Notes: generated from the sequence alone by a model not told the origin. Numbered from the stretch's first letter, positions 49,943 to 59,239 are shown. The stretch: DNA of 64,000 nucleotides from an uncultured bacterium (GCA_902774245.1 CACYHQ010000012.1:2158-66157); one strand, 5' to 3'. Translations and numbers: made by a program.

Positions 49943-52270
49943 ATGACGCCCCCGATCCGCCCGACCGGATTCCGTTCCGCCTTGCTCTCCTGTATCCTCT
50001 GCATCGCCGCATTTCTGAACGCCTCCTGCGCCTCCGCCATCACGCCCGTCTACGAGCACAAGGAAGGCGCGCTGCCATCCATTAAGTTCATGCTCCCCGG
50101 CGAGATCCCGCTCGAACTCGTCACGCTGCCTGCCGGATCCATCGCGATGGAGGTCAACCGCAAGCCGCAGCCGAACGAGACGGTCGACAAGGACGGACGC
50201 GTGGTGTACAAGTTCAAGGAGAACGAACTGTCCGTGGGGAAATTCGAGGTGACGCAGGCGCAGTGGCAGGCGGTCATGCGAACCACGCAGAAACAGCTTT
50301 CCGAGGCGGCGCGTCCGGGCGGGAAAGCATTCGGGATCGGCGCGGACCTCCCCGTGTACGACGTCTCGGCGGACCAGGCGAAGGAATTCTGCGCCCGACT
50401 GAACAAGTCGCTGCCGAGCTCGTTCCGCTACCGGTTCACGCTCCCGAACGAGGCGGAATGGGAATACGCGTGCCGCGCCGGGACGACGACCGAACTCAAC
50501 AACGGCCGCGAACTGCGGGCCCGCGACAACATCTCCGCCGCCCTCGGCGAGATCGCCTGGTACCGCGGCAACTCCTTCCGTTCCGCGCCGTCCGTGTCAG
50601 CGAAGGGCCTGAAATCGCCCAATGCCTGGGGTCTCTACGACATGCACGGGAACGTGCAGGAACTCTGCCTCGACTGGTTCATGCGCGATTTCTCCGCCGC
50701 GTACAAAGGCGACCTCTGCGCCATGCGCGGCGGCTCCTGGCACTGTTCGCCGGAGGACTGCACCGTGACCGCGTGCAGGCCCGTCGATGCCGCCGTCCCC
50801 GTGTTCGACGCCGGATTCCGCCTCGCGCTGAAGCCCGCCGCGAACATCCCGAAAACGCCGCAGCAGTACGCGCAGACGCCGCTTCATCAGGACCGCATCA
50901 CCGGCCTCGCCGTGCTCGTGAAGTTCCCGGACGATCCGCCGGACGTGATCATCCCGAAGGAGAAAGTGGAATTCTTCCTGAACGAGAAGAACTACCGCGG
51001 ATACGGCAATTCCTGCTCGATCCACGATTTCGTCGACAACCAGTCCTACGGCCGGTGCGACCTCAAATACCTCGTCTCCGACTACATCGTGGCCGACCAC
51101 AACCGCGACTACTATCAGAAGGCGCTGAACTACCGCGGCGCGGACATGCTCATCAAGGAGGCGATGGCGAAGCTCCCGAAGGACTTCGACCTCTCGACCG
51201 TCTCGAAGGAACCCGACGGCACGATCCGGTCCGCCTGCGTGCTCTACTCGCGCAACAGCTCGTTCGACGGCCTCTGGCCGCAGGCGCACTGGTTCTCGCC
51301 AGTGGACCAGATCCGGCTGCCCGGCGGGCTTCACAGCATGCAGGTGCTGATCTGCGGCATTCAGGACAGCCCCACGGTCAGCATCCTGATCCATGAGATC
51401 ATGCACCAGACGTTCGACATCCTCGACTACGTCGACTACGGCGAGAAGAGCGACAAGACGCCGAAGAACGAGCAGAAAGTCTCGCACGGACTCGGCAACC
51501 ACTGCATCATGGGCATCGGCATGTACGACCGCATCACCGGGCTCCAGACCAACCCGACCGCCCTCGCCGGGGCGTTCCGCTACCGCCTCGGCTGGCTGAA
51601 GGCGCTCCCGCTGCCAAGCAAGGGCAAGGTCAGAATCCCCGCCACCAGCGAATACGGCTACATCTGGCGCAACCTCGAAAACCCGGACGAGTATTTCCTC
51701 CTCGAAAACCGCAACGCAGACACGTCGTTCTATCGCGCGCTCCCCTCGCACGGGCTCGCTATCTGGCACGTCGACGACGCCGTGACCGACATGGAGGAGG
51801 ACGAGGAGATGACGAAGGAAAAGCACTACGAAGTCTCGCTCGAACAGGCGGGCGGCGAACCGCTCCTCGAAAAGCCCTGCCCCGGCACGTTCGGACACCA
51901 GCAGCACGGCAGGGACTGCAACGGCATCGCCACGGATTATTTCTACCCGCCGGACCGCGTCGTCTTCAACGACACCTCGAAGCCGGACAGTCTCTGGTGG
52001 GACGGCACCCCCTCCGGGCTCGACATCAGCAACATCGAAGTCGACGGCCGCGACCTCATCGTCACCATCGGCCCCGATCCGAAGAACCCCAGGCCGCGCG
52101 CGCAGGTCCAGCCGCAATCCCAGACGCAACAGCAGAATCAGCAGGCACAGCCTCAGTCTCAGCGCCAGCCCGGCCGCCGTCCCGGTCAGCAGCAGCCCGC
52201 GCAGGGGCAGAACTTCGGTCCCGGCCGCAGGATGCCCGGCTTCGGACGTAATACCGGCGCCCGCCAGTGA
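49943..52270 (+). CDS. secreted fusion: SUMF1/FGE-sulfatase-type domain plus M6-like (InhA-type) metalloprotease domain plus Gln/Pro-rich tail
   Basis: Signal peptide. FGE-type motifs LPNEAEWEYACRAG, NAWGLYDMHGNVQELCLDW, RGGSW and GFRLAL. Then VLVKFPDD...ILIHEIMHQ (HExxH)...EYFLLENRN...HGLAIWHVDD, typical of M6-family domains. Confidence 0.8.
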   Translation: MTPPIRPTGFRSALLSCILCIAAFLNASCASAITPVYEHKEGALPSIKFMLPGEIPLELVTLPAGSIAMEVNRKPQPNETVDKDGRVVYKFKENELSVGKFEVTQAQWQAVMRTTQKQLSEAARPGGKAFGIGADLPVYDVSADQAKEFCARLNKSLPSSFRYRFTLPNEAEWEYACRAGTTTELNNGRELRARDNISAALGEIAWYRGNSFRSAPSVSAKGLKSPNAWGLYDMHGNVQELCLDWFMRDFSAAYKGDLCAMRGGSWHCSPEDCTVTACRPVDAAVPVFDAGFRLALKPAANIPKTPQQYAQTPLHQDRITGLAVLVKFPDDPPDVIIPKEKVEFFLNEKNYRGYGNSCSIHDFVDNQSYGRCDLKYLVSDYIVADHNRDYYQKALNYRGADMLIKEAMAKLPKDFDLSTVSKEPDGTIRSACVLYSRNSSFDGLWPQAHWFSPVDQIRLPGGLHSMQVLICGIQDSPTVSILIHEIMHQTFDILDYVDYGEKSDKTPKNEQKVSHGLGNHCIMGIGMYDRITGLQTNPTALAGAFRYRLGWLKALPLPSKGKVRIPATSEYGYIWRNLENPDEYFLLENRNADTSFYRALPSHGLAIWHVDDAVTDMEEDEEMTKEKHYEVSLEQAGGEPLLEKPCPGTFGHQQHGRDCNGIATDYFYPPDRVVFNDTSKPDSLWWDGTPSGLDISNIEVDGRDLIVTIGPDPKNPRPRAQVQPQSQTQQQNQQAQPQSQRQPGRRPGQQQPAQGQNFGPGRRMPGFGRNTGARQ

Positions 52271-52285
52271 ATGAACAGGTAAGGT

Positions 52286-52313
52286 TTGAAATGTCCGTTT
52301 GGCGTGATATATT
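52286..52313 (+). promoter_or_regulatory. sigma70-like promoter TTGAAA-16-TATATT
   Basis: TTGAAA at 52286-52291 and TATATT at 52308-52313, about 34 nt upstream of ATG 52347. Confidence 0.45.
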
Positions 52314-52346
52314 ATCTACGACACTTCTCAGAGTCTCGGAGGACGC

Positions 52347-52937
52347 ATGAAACACGGAAAACAACCTCATTGCTACGTGGTAGCCGGCCCCAATGGAGCC
52401 GGAAAAACCACGTTTGCGCTGGAATATCTTCCACGGATCGTGTCCTGCCGGGACTTCATCAATGCCGATGAGATCGCAAAGGGGCTGTCTCCCCTCGACT
52501 ACGAAGCGGGATTGCTGAGAGCAAGCAAAATCTTTCTCGAAACTCTGAACCGGAAAATAGAAGACCGGAATGATTTTGCCTTTGAAACCACGCTTTCGGG
52601 ACGCACCTATCTGCCCCGTATCGTCGAATGGCGCAAATCGGGCTGGATCGTCACGCTGTTTTACCTCTACATCCCAGATGCCGAGTTTTCCGCCCAAAGA
52701 GTACGTCATCGGGTTCTGGAAGGCGGACACGACATTCCGTCAGAAGATATCGTCAGGCGGTATCCTCGGAGCATACGGAATCTGTTTGATTATGCCGAGG
52801 TCTGCGACCATACGATTTGCTTCGACAATACTGGGAACCGAATCGTTTCCATCTTTGAAAAAAGACTGGGACACTCTTTAGAGGTTCAGGACAAAGAACG
52901 ATTCGCGAAAATACAAGGAGATATAAGTCATGAGTAA
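52347..52937 (+). CDS. zeta-toxin-family P-loop kinase (COG4185-like)
   Basis: Walker A at the extreme N-terminus (CYVVAGPNGAGKTT). FINADEIAKGLSP, FAFETTLSG and RVLEGGHDIP follow the zeta/AAA_33-like order. 196 aa. Confidence 0.8.
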   Translation: MKHGKQPHCYVVAGPNGAGKTTFALEYLPRIVSCRDFINADEIAKGLSPLDYEAGLLRASKIFLETLNRKIEDRNDFAFETTLSGRTYLPRIVEWRKSGWIVTLFYLYIPDAEFSAQRVRHRVLEGGHDIPSEDIVRRYPRSIRNLFDYAEVCDHTICFDNTGNRIVSIFEKRLGHSLEVQDKERFAKIQGDISHE

Positions 52938-53124
52938 TGAAATGAAAAAAGCCATCGAAGCTATGCAGGAAGCCGTGGACAAAGAGATGGAACGCAAGGC
53001 GAAACTCGGCTACAAGGCCGTCATCGCCGACAAGCACGGCCGCCCAAAAGCAGTTTCCGCAAAATACCTCGTCAGGAAACGCCGTGCGGAACTTGCCGCT
53101 GCGGCTCGCAGCGCCCGCCAGTAA
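52930..53124 (+). CDS. small basic helical protein, translationally coupled to the zeta-like gene (candidate cognate partner)
   Basis: AAGGAG lies 8 nt upstream. ATG 52930 overlaps the last 8 nt of the toxin gene. 64 aa, Lys/Arg/Ala-rich, with no motif I recognise. Confidence 0.5.
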   Translation: MSNEMKKAIEAMQEAVDKEMERKAKLGYKAVIADKHGRPKAVSAKYLVRKRRAELAAAARSARQ

Positions 53125-53215
53125 ACGACGAAACTCTTTTTTCCGGTCAAACCCTTACAAAAAGTAATGGGTTGAGCTTGACACATAAAACCGTTTTCGA
53201 AAGGAAAGACTGAAA

Positions 53216-54064
53216 ATGAAGCGGAGCAGGATCACGAGTTGGAATCATCGGATATCCTTTGCGTTCGCGGCGACCACCGTCTGCCTTTGCGGGACCGGAT
53301 GCTGCTTGCGCAACGCGTGGAGCATCGGGGAAAGAACGGTGACGCTTGACGACCGGTATTTCGAGTATTCCGAGGACGGGAGCGAGTTCATCTATACATG
53401 CAGCAGGAAGACGGAACGCAGTCTGCCGTTCTTCACGACGCATGACACCTACGAACCGGTCTCTCTGCGCGTCCATTTGGACTCCGTCCGGGAGGACATG
53501 ATCCCCGTTATTCTGGAAAAGGAGCCTTATGCGACGTATTCCTACATGCAGAGAAAGAGCCGGGACGGGAAAAAAAATGCAAACCGTTTCGAGGTAGCGG
53601 ATCTGATCCGGGATGGAAAGTATGTCGATGCCCAAACGATAAGCGCCGAATCCGGTGTTCGCCCCGGCGATACGATCCGGCTGCGGATCGCCCCCGAGGA
53701 CTATCCGGTCCTGTCCGAACCGTGCCTGATCGAATTGGGCTACCCGCCGATGGACAACCGGCTTACGACGGGGTTCGATTTCGGTTATTATTACTGTTTC
53801 GTATTTCCGCAGCAGCAAACCGCGGACGGAGACCGCTGCGAAATGCTGGCATATCCGGAGCTTTCCCGCTTCGACGAACAGGTCCAGAGGGACATCATAG
53901 AGAAAAACAAGCAGCTTCGGGATTCCTACAATCCGCTTTGGTGTGGGGCATGTGTTCTGATGACGCCCCTGGCGGTCGTCGGCGACGTCCTGCTGCTGCC
54001 GTACTACATCCCAGTGGGGATTGTGATGATCGTGACAGGCGGACATCCCGATATAATTTTTTAA
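53216..54064 (+). CDS. hypothetical lipoprotein-like protein with a C-terminal TM segment
   Basis: Leader MKRSRITSWNHRISFAFAATTVCLCGTGC and C-terminal hydrophobic LMTPLAVVGDVLLLPYYIPVGIVMIVTG. Its composition is more plausible than that of the antisense 317-aa ORF. Confidence 0.55.
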   Translation: MKRSRITSWNHRISFAFAATTVCLCGTGCCLRNAWSIGERTVTLDDRYFEYSEDGSEFIYTCSRKTERSLPFFTTHDTYEPVSLRVHLDSVREDMIPVILEKEPYATYSYMQRKSRDGKKNANRFEVADLIRDGKYVDAQTISAESGVRPGDTIRLRIAPEDYPVLSEPCLIELGYPPMDNRLTTGFDFGYYYCFVFPQQQTADGDRCEMLAYPELSRFDEQVQRDIIEKNKQLRDSYNPLWCGACVLMTPLAVVGDVLLLPYYIPVGIVMIVTGGHPDIIF

Positions 54065-54088
54065 CGGAACGTTTTTGCTTCCTCCCGT

Positions 54089-54116
54089 TTGAATTGCCAC
54101 AAAACAGTGTTATATT
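54089..54116 (+). promoter_or_regulatory. sigma70-like promoter TTGAAT-16-TATATT
   Basis: TTGAAT at 54089-54094 and TATATT at 54111-54116, upstream of ATG 54219. Confidence 0.4.
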
Positions 54117-54218
54117 AGTTGGAAACGGTTCTTTTTTTTGCCATAAAAAAAGACCGTTTTTCTCGCGTTTCAGTTCAGACGATTCCCCCATTTTCAGATA
54201 CAGGATTCCTTCGACCCC

Positions 54219-55815
54219 ATGAAAACCGAACAGACCGCACAACCGGAAACAAAAAAAACAAACCCCGTCGTCAATTTCTTCCGCCACTATCTTTTCGACG
54301 ATGAAAACGATCACGGCGCGGACGGCGTGAACTATACGCGCATCCTGCTCATCATCCTGTCCGCCTGGGCTGGAAAACATCGTGTGGGGACGCCATTTCC
54401 AGTTCGGATTCGACAAGAATCCGTATGCCGGACCGTTCTTCGGCGCGGGCGTGTGGTATCTCAGCGGGAAGGCGTTCTTTTCGAGCTTCCTCGCGAGCCA
54501 GGTCTGCGTGTTCACGGGAATCTTCTGCGTGTTCCAGGTGGCGAAACGCATCCTGCCGCTCCGCACGGCGTTCCTCGCCGCGGTCACGCTCCTCTTCATC
54601 AACTTCTACGGCATCAAGGCGACGGAACTCTGCGACGACGTGATGGAGCTGGCGGTGTGGCCGCTGACCATGCTGTTCGTCTACCTCGGCGTGAAGGGCG
54701 ATCAGAAGAAAAGCTGGCTGTACTGGCTGTGCGCCGGGTTCTTCGCCGGACTCGCCATGATGGTGAAGTATTTCGCGCCGGCGATGTATGTTTGCGTGAT
54801 CATCCCGCTGCTCTTTACGAAGGAGGGCCGCGCCGTCTTCCGCAAGCCGCAGTTCTACCTGGCGGCGATCCCGTTCATCCTCGTGATCCTGCCGAACATC
54901 CTCTGGCTCTTCTCGAACGACTTCAAGCCGTTCCAGTACGCGGCGGGACGCGCGGCGCTGTCGGGCGGCGAGACGATCCCGCTTTCCGATCATTTCACGC
55001 GTCCGCTGAAGGCGCTGGACCGCGCGGCGCAGGTGTTCGGCGTGGCGGTCATCTTCTTCGCGCTGTTCTTCCCGTGGCGGCGGAAACGCGCCGACCGGAC
55101 GCAGTACTCCGCGTTCGACAAGGTGTTCGTGTGGTCCTGCTGCTGGGGCTCGTTCGGCTCGGCGCTGGTCTTCTCGCTCGTGACCGGCGGCAAGATCAAT
55201 TATTCGTGGGTCGTGCCGTGCTTCCCGTTCATGGGCGTGTGGCTCTTCATGGTCTGGTCGCCGCGGATCACGCGGATCAAGGCAAATTTCTACCTCGCCG
55301 CCACGCTGCTGATGGGATTCATCTTCGGCGTGATCTTCGTGCTGCGTTCGCTGGAGCATCAGGGCTACAAGAAACGCGGCTGCGACTACGAGAACTACCC
55401 CGGACACGCCGTGACCGCGGCGGCGACCGCATTGTGGCACGAGGTCTCGGACAAGCCGATGCCTTACGTGATCTCCGACCGCAAGGGCTCGTGCAACGTG
55501 TCTGTGTACTCGCCCGAAGCGCCGGAAGCGTTCTTCGACGCCGACGTCACGCAGAGCCAGTGGATCGACCCGGAGGACATCATGAAACGCGGCGGCGTCC
55601 TGGTCTGGGACGAGAAGACCGACGAACAGAGCCTGTTCGATTACATGAACTCGATCCCCGCGGACAAGCTCGGCGAACTGCACGAGATGCAAATCCCGCG
55701 CGCCGTCCCCGCATGGTATCGGAAACTGCGCGGCACGCCGAAACTGTTCCGCGTCTCCATGCGCGTGATCCTGCCCGAAACCGCGGTAAAAACGCCGGAA
55801 GCACAGGCGGAATAA
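54219..55815 (+). pseudogene. GT39/ArnT-like (PMT_2) membrane glycosyltransferase with an apparent 1-nt frame disruption near 54372-54380
   Basis: Frame A (ATG 54219) gives MKTEQTAQPETKKTNPVVNFFRHYLFDDENDHGADGVNYTRILLIILSAWAG, the first TM, then degenerates. Frame B (54382-55815) carries the rest: FGFDKNPYAGPFFGAGVWYL... and many TM segments. Confidence 0.6.
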
Positions 55816-55911
55816 GTCCCTCTTCCCCGCTCTCGAAAAAGATGCTTTTCGACCGTTATTCCGCCTGGATGATCGGTCGGCGCGCCGATGCCCAAAAAGT
55901 ATTTGCACGGC

Positions 55912-55940
55912 TTGACTTTTGCCTGGGCGGATGATATATT
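55912..55940 (+). promoter_or_regulatory. sigma70-like promoter TTGACT-17-TATATT (Sel1 gene 2)
   Basis: TTGACT at 55912-55917 and TATATT at 55935-55940. Confidence 0.45.
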
Positions 55941-56021
55941 AGCTATCAGTCTTCGAGCTGTTTCCGCGCCCCGTATCCGTTTCCGGCATAAGCTCTTCCA
56001 ACCTAGAACAAGGAATCCGAC

Positions 56022-59000
56022 ATGAAACTGTTCCCCCTCCTGTTCCTCTCCGTCCTCCTCGCATATCCCGTCATGGCGCAGGAAACGCAAACGCAGCTGT
56101 CGGACGCCACATCCGCAACCGAAACAAACTCCGAGGCGCGGAGCCTTTATGCTGCCGGGGTTGCCGCATACGAAAACGAGCGTTTCGAGGAGGCGGCCTC
56201 ACGCTTCCGGCAGGCGGCGGACATGGAATATGCGCCCGCCCAATACATGCTCAGCGAGTGTTACCGTAGGGGACGCGGGGTAAAAGGAAACGAGGCGCAG
56301 GCACGGGATTTGCGGCAGAAGGCGCTGAAACCGCTTCAGGACGCGGCGGACATGGACGACGCCGAAGCGCTTTATCTCCTCGGCAAATACGCCGAAAGCA
56401 TCTATTCGTTTCCCGCCTCCGGCATCATCCGGCCGGAAGCGCGTTTCTGGGTTTTCTACCGGAAAGCGGCGGATCTGGGCTATGCCCCCGCCCAATATGC
56501 GCTCGGAGACTGTTCTTATTCCGAGGTATTCGGCGCGCCGGGCAAAAAAGACCTTGACGAGGCGTTGAAATGGTATCGGAAGGCGGCGGAAGCCGGGTAT
56601 GCCCCCGCGCAGCATGTGCTGGGCATGTGCTATGAAACGGGCGACGGCGTGACAAAGGATTCGGTCGAATCCCTGAAATGGTATCGGAAGGCGGCGGAAG
56701 CCGGGTATGCGCGGGCGATCTACCGGACCGGCGTGTATTACGCCGAGGGAAAAGCCGTCGAAAAAGACGAAATCGAGGCGGGGAAATGGTATCGAAAGGC
56801 CGCGGAACTCGGTTATTCTCTGGCGCAGTTTGTGTACGGCAGATGCTGCGACCGGGGCGAATACGGAGTCGAAAAGAACGAGGCCGAAGCGTTCCATTGG
56901 TATAAGAAGGCGGCCGAACAGAGCCTGCCCGCCGCGTGCTCCGCACTCGCGGAGTGTTATGTAAACGGCCGGGGCACGGAATGCGACATCGGCGAGGCGC
57001 GGAAATGGAACAGGCATAATCTGGGCGATTACACGCGCCGCGAACTGCAGATCGGAAAACGTGTCATGCGCCACCTGGATCCCGGGGAACTGGAGGATTT
57101 CGACAACGGGCTGAATGCCAGAATACTCGAGGATTCATCGGATGTCACCATGTTGCGGACGGACATCGCCGACAGTTATTACTACGGTCGGAACGGCTTC
57201 AAACAGAATTACGCGGAAGCCGCGAAGTGGTACAGGATCAGCGCGGATATGCAGAGGGAGGGGTATGGGTTCTACGAACTGGGATTCTGTTACGAGTTCG
57301 GCAAGGGCGTGGAAGCCGACCTGGAGGAGGCGGAGAAGTGGTACGACAATCCCCATAACAGTTACAAAAAATACAGCTGGCTGATCGAAAACCGGACGAA
57401 TATCCGCCGGATGGTCCGCCGGGCGCAGGCCGGCGACGCGGAGACCGCATATCAGCTTGGGCTGGCGTTTTTCAGCGGCATCGGCGTCAAACAGGACACG
57501 CCGGAGTCGGCGAAATGGTTCCGCGCGGCTGCAGAACAGAATCACCCCGGTGCGCTGTACCGGCTCGGACGCTGTTACGCGGAGGGTCTGGGGGTCGAAA
57601 AGGACATGAAAGAGGCTGTCGAATGTTATTTCAAGGCGGCGGAACATGGAAACGCCGAGGCGCAGTTCGAACTTGGAAAATGCTGCGAGACGGGGACCGG
57701 CGTACCGCAGGACGACGCGGAGGCGATCGAACGGTACAGGCAGGCTGCGGAACAGGGCCTCGCGGAAGCTCAGTGCGCCCTCGCGAACCTGTATTTGAAA
57801 AGTGAAGAGGCCGGGGGAACCGCAAACGAGTTCAACGCCCTGCTGTGGTTTTTCCGCGCGGCGGAGCATGGAAACGCCGAGGCGCAGTACCGGACCGGGA
57901 AGTACTACGGTTCCGGAAAGGATTACAGCCGCGAACGGCGCCGGGATTGGCTGACGCTGTCCGCGGAACAGAATTATGCTCCGGCGCTGTACGAGCTCGC
58001 CCGTTCGGCGCGCGGGACCTATCCCGACCCTGAAATCAGCCGTGACCGGGCGGCGGAGTATCTCATCCGGGCCGCTTATCTGAACTACGCTCCGGCGCAG
58101 ATGTACCTCGCCGAATGTTATCGGGACCGGGACAACATCGTCAAGCAGGACGAAGGCGAAGCCGCCAAATGGTACCTCCGGGCAGAGAAAAACGGCGCCA
58201 AACTGGACAGTTACGCCATGTATTTCGTGGGACAGTGCCATGCCGCCGGGAAGGGCGTGAAACAGGACAAGGCCGAGGCCGTCAAATGGTATCGCAGGGC
58301 GGTTGAGCACGAGAAGAAAGATCGTCCGGCATACCTTGCGGCCTCCGCGCTCGGAGACTGCTATTATCTGGGCGACGGCGTGAAGCAGGACAAGGCCGAA
58401 GCGGAGAAATGGTATCGCAAAGCGGCGGACGATGGGGGATCGGGCGCATACAATTACAAATCCCATGTGATGCTCGCGATCTGCTACCGGGAAAGCGGCG
58501 ACGAACGCTACGAGGAACAGGCCACGAAGGCAATGAAGAACCTGCTTGCAGCCGAGCATTATGTCACCGACCGGGAGGCGTACAGGCTGGTGCTCGCCAC
58601 GTGCTATGAGAAGGGGATCGGAGTCGGCAAGTCGGATTCCGAGTCGTTCCGGTATTGCACTCTGGCGGCGGACAGATATGTCGGCGTTTCCACGGCTTTC
58701 ATGCGGATGGCGCGCTGTTACAGGCTCGGCATCGGCGTCGAAAAGAGCCGGGAGAAGGAGGAGGAATGGCTGCTGAAGGCGGCGATGAAGGACAGCCCGG
58801 AAGCCCAGGTCATGCTGGGCGACTTCTACGCCGAAAGGAAGGACGATCCCGTCAGCTGCGCCAACGCGCTCCGCTGGTATCAGGCGGGGGCGGAACACGG
58901 CTATGCTCCCGCGGTGAGAAAACTTGCGACGTGTTATTCCACCGGTTCGCTCGGCGTCAGACGGGACACGGATCTGGCAATGGAATTCAGCCGGGAAAAG

Positions 59001-59057
59001 GCCGGAATCGTTCAGCCGGTGCGGGACGCCCTCCGCGAGTTCGGATTCGCGGACTGA
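56022..59057 (+). CDS. large Sel1-repeat protein (1011 aa), repeats more divergent than in the 12959-16465 gene
   Basis: Signal peptide MKLFPLLFLSVLLAYPVMA. Repeated AxKWYRKAAExGYAPAQxxLGxCYxxGxGVxKD units are interrupted by irregular spacers. Confidence 0.9.
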   Translation: MKLFPLLFLSVLLAYPVMAQETQTQLSDATSATETNSEARSLYAAGVAAYENERFEEAASRFRQAADMEYAPAQYMLSECYRRGRGVKGNEAQARDLRQKALKPLQDAADMDDAEALYLLGKYAESIYSFPASGIIRPEARFWVFYRKAADLGYAPAQYALGDCSYSEVFGAPGKKDLDEALKWYRKAAEAGYAPAQHVLGMCYETGDGVTKDSVESLKWYRKAAEAGYARAIYRTGVYYAEGKAVEKDEIEAGKWYRKAAELGYSLAQFVYGRCCDRGEYGVEKNEAEAFHWYKKAAEQSLPAACSALAECYVNGRGTECDIGEARKWNRHNLGDYTRRELQIGKRVMRHLDPGELEDFDNGLNARILEDSSDVTMLRTDIADSYYYGRNGFKQNYAEAAKWYRISADMQREGYGFYELGFCYEFGKGVEADLEEAEKWYDNPHNSYKKYSWLIENRTNIRRMVRRAQAGDAETAYQLGLAFFSGIGVKQDTPESAKWFRAAAEQNHPGALYRLGRCYAEGLGVEKDMKEAVECYFKAAEHGNAEAQFELGKCCETGTGVPQDDAEAIERYRQAAEQGLAEAQCALANLYLKSEEAGGTANEFNALLWFFRAAEHGNAEAQYRTGKYYGSGKDYSRERRRDWLTLSAEQNYAPALYELARSARGTYPDPEISRDRAAEYLIRAAYLNYAPAQMYLAECYRDRDNIVKQDEGEAAKWYLRAEKNGAKLDSYAMYFVGQCHAAGKGVKQDKAEAVKWYRRAVEHEKKDRPAYLAASALGDCYYLGDGVKQDKAEAEKWYRKAADDGGSGAYNYKSHVMLAICYRESGDERYEEQATKAMKNLLAAEHYVTDREAYRLVLATCYEKGIGVGKSDSESFRYCTLAADRYVGVSTAFMRMARCYRLGIGVEKSREKEEEWLLKAAMKDSPEAQVMLGDFYAERKDDPVSCANALRWYQAGAEHGYAPAVRKLATCYSTGSLGVRRDTDLAMEFSREKAGIVQPVRDALREFGFAD

Positions 59058-59239
59058 AGCCCGCCTTTCTCCAGCTCCGGGTTGCTTTTCCGCACCCGGA
59101 AACAGCCTGTTTTTTTCCGTTCCGGGCAAAGCCGGGCGCTGCCGCAGCAGAGTTTCCGCATCCTCGTGCGCAAGCGAAGCTGAGCGCACGGGAGGAGGGA
59201 AGACTTGTCTTTGCATGGAATATTTTCAGCAAATATCAT

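Noticed and set aside
49943-50830. Possibility that the FGE/C-type-lectin-fold domain is the variable protein of a diversity-generating retroelement
   Set aside because: There is no reverse transcriptase gene in the window. I found no nearby template-repeat copy of the domain's 3' end.
53147-54100. 317-aa minus-strand ORF
   Set aside because: It competes with the plus-strand 282-aa ORF, which has a leader peptide, a plausible ribosome-binding site and natural composition. The minus product is Arg-rich and motif-free.
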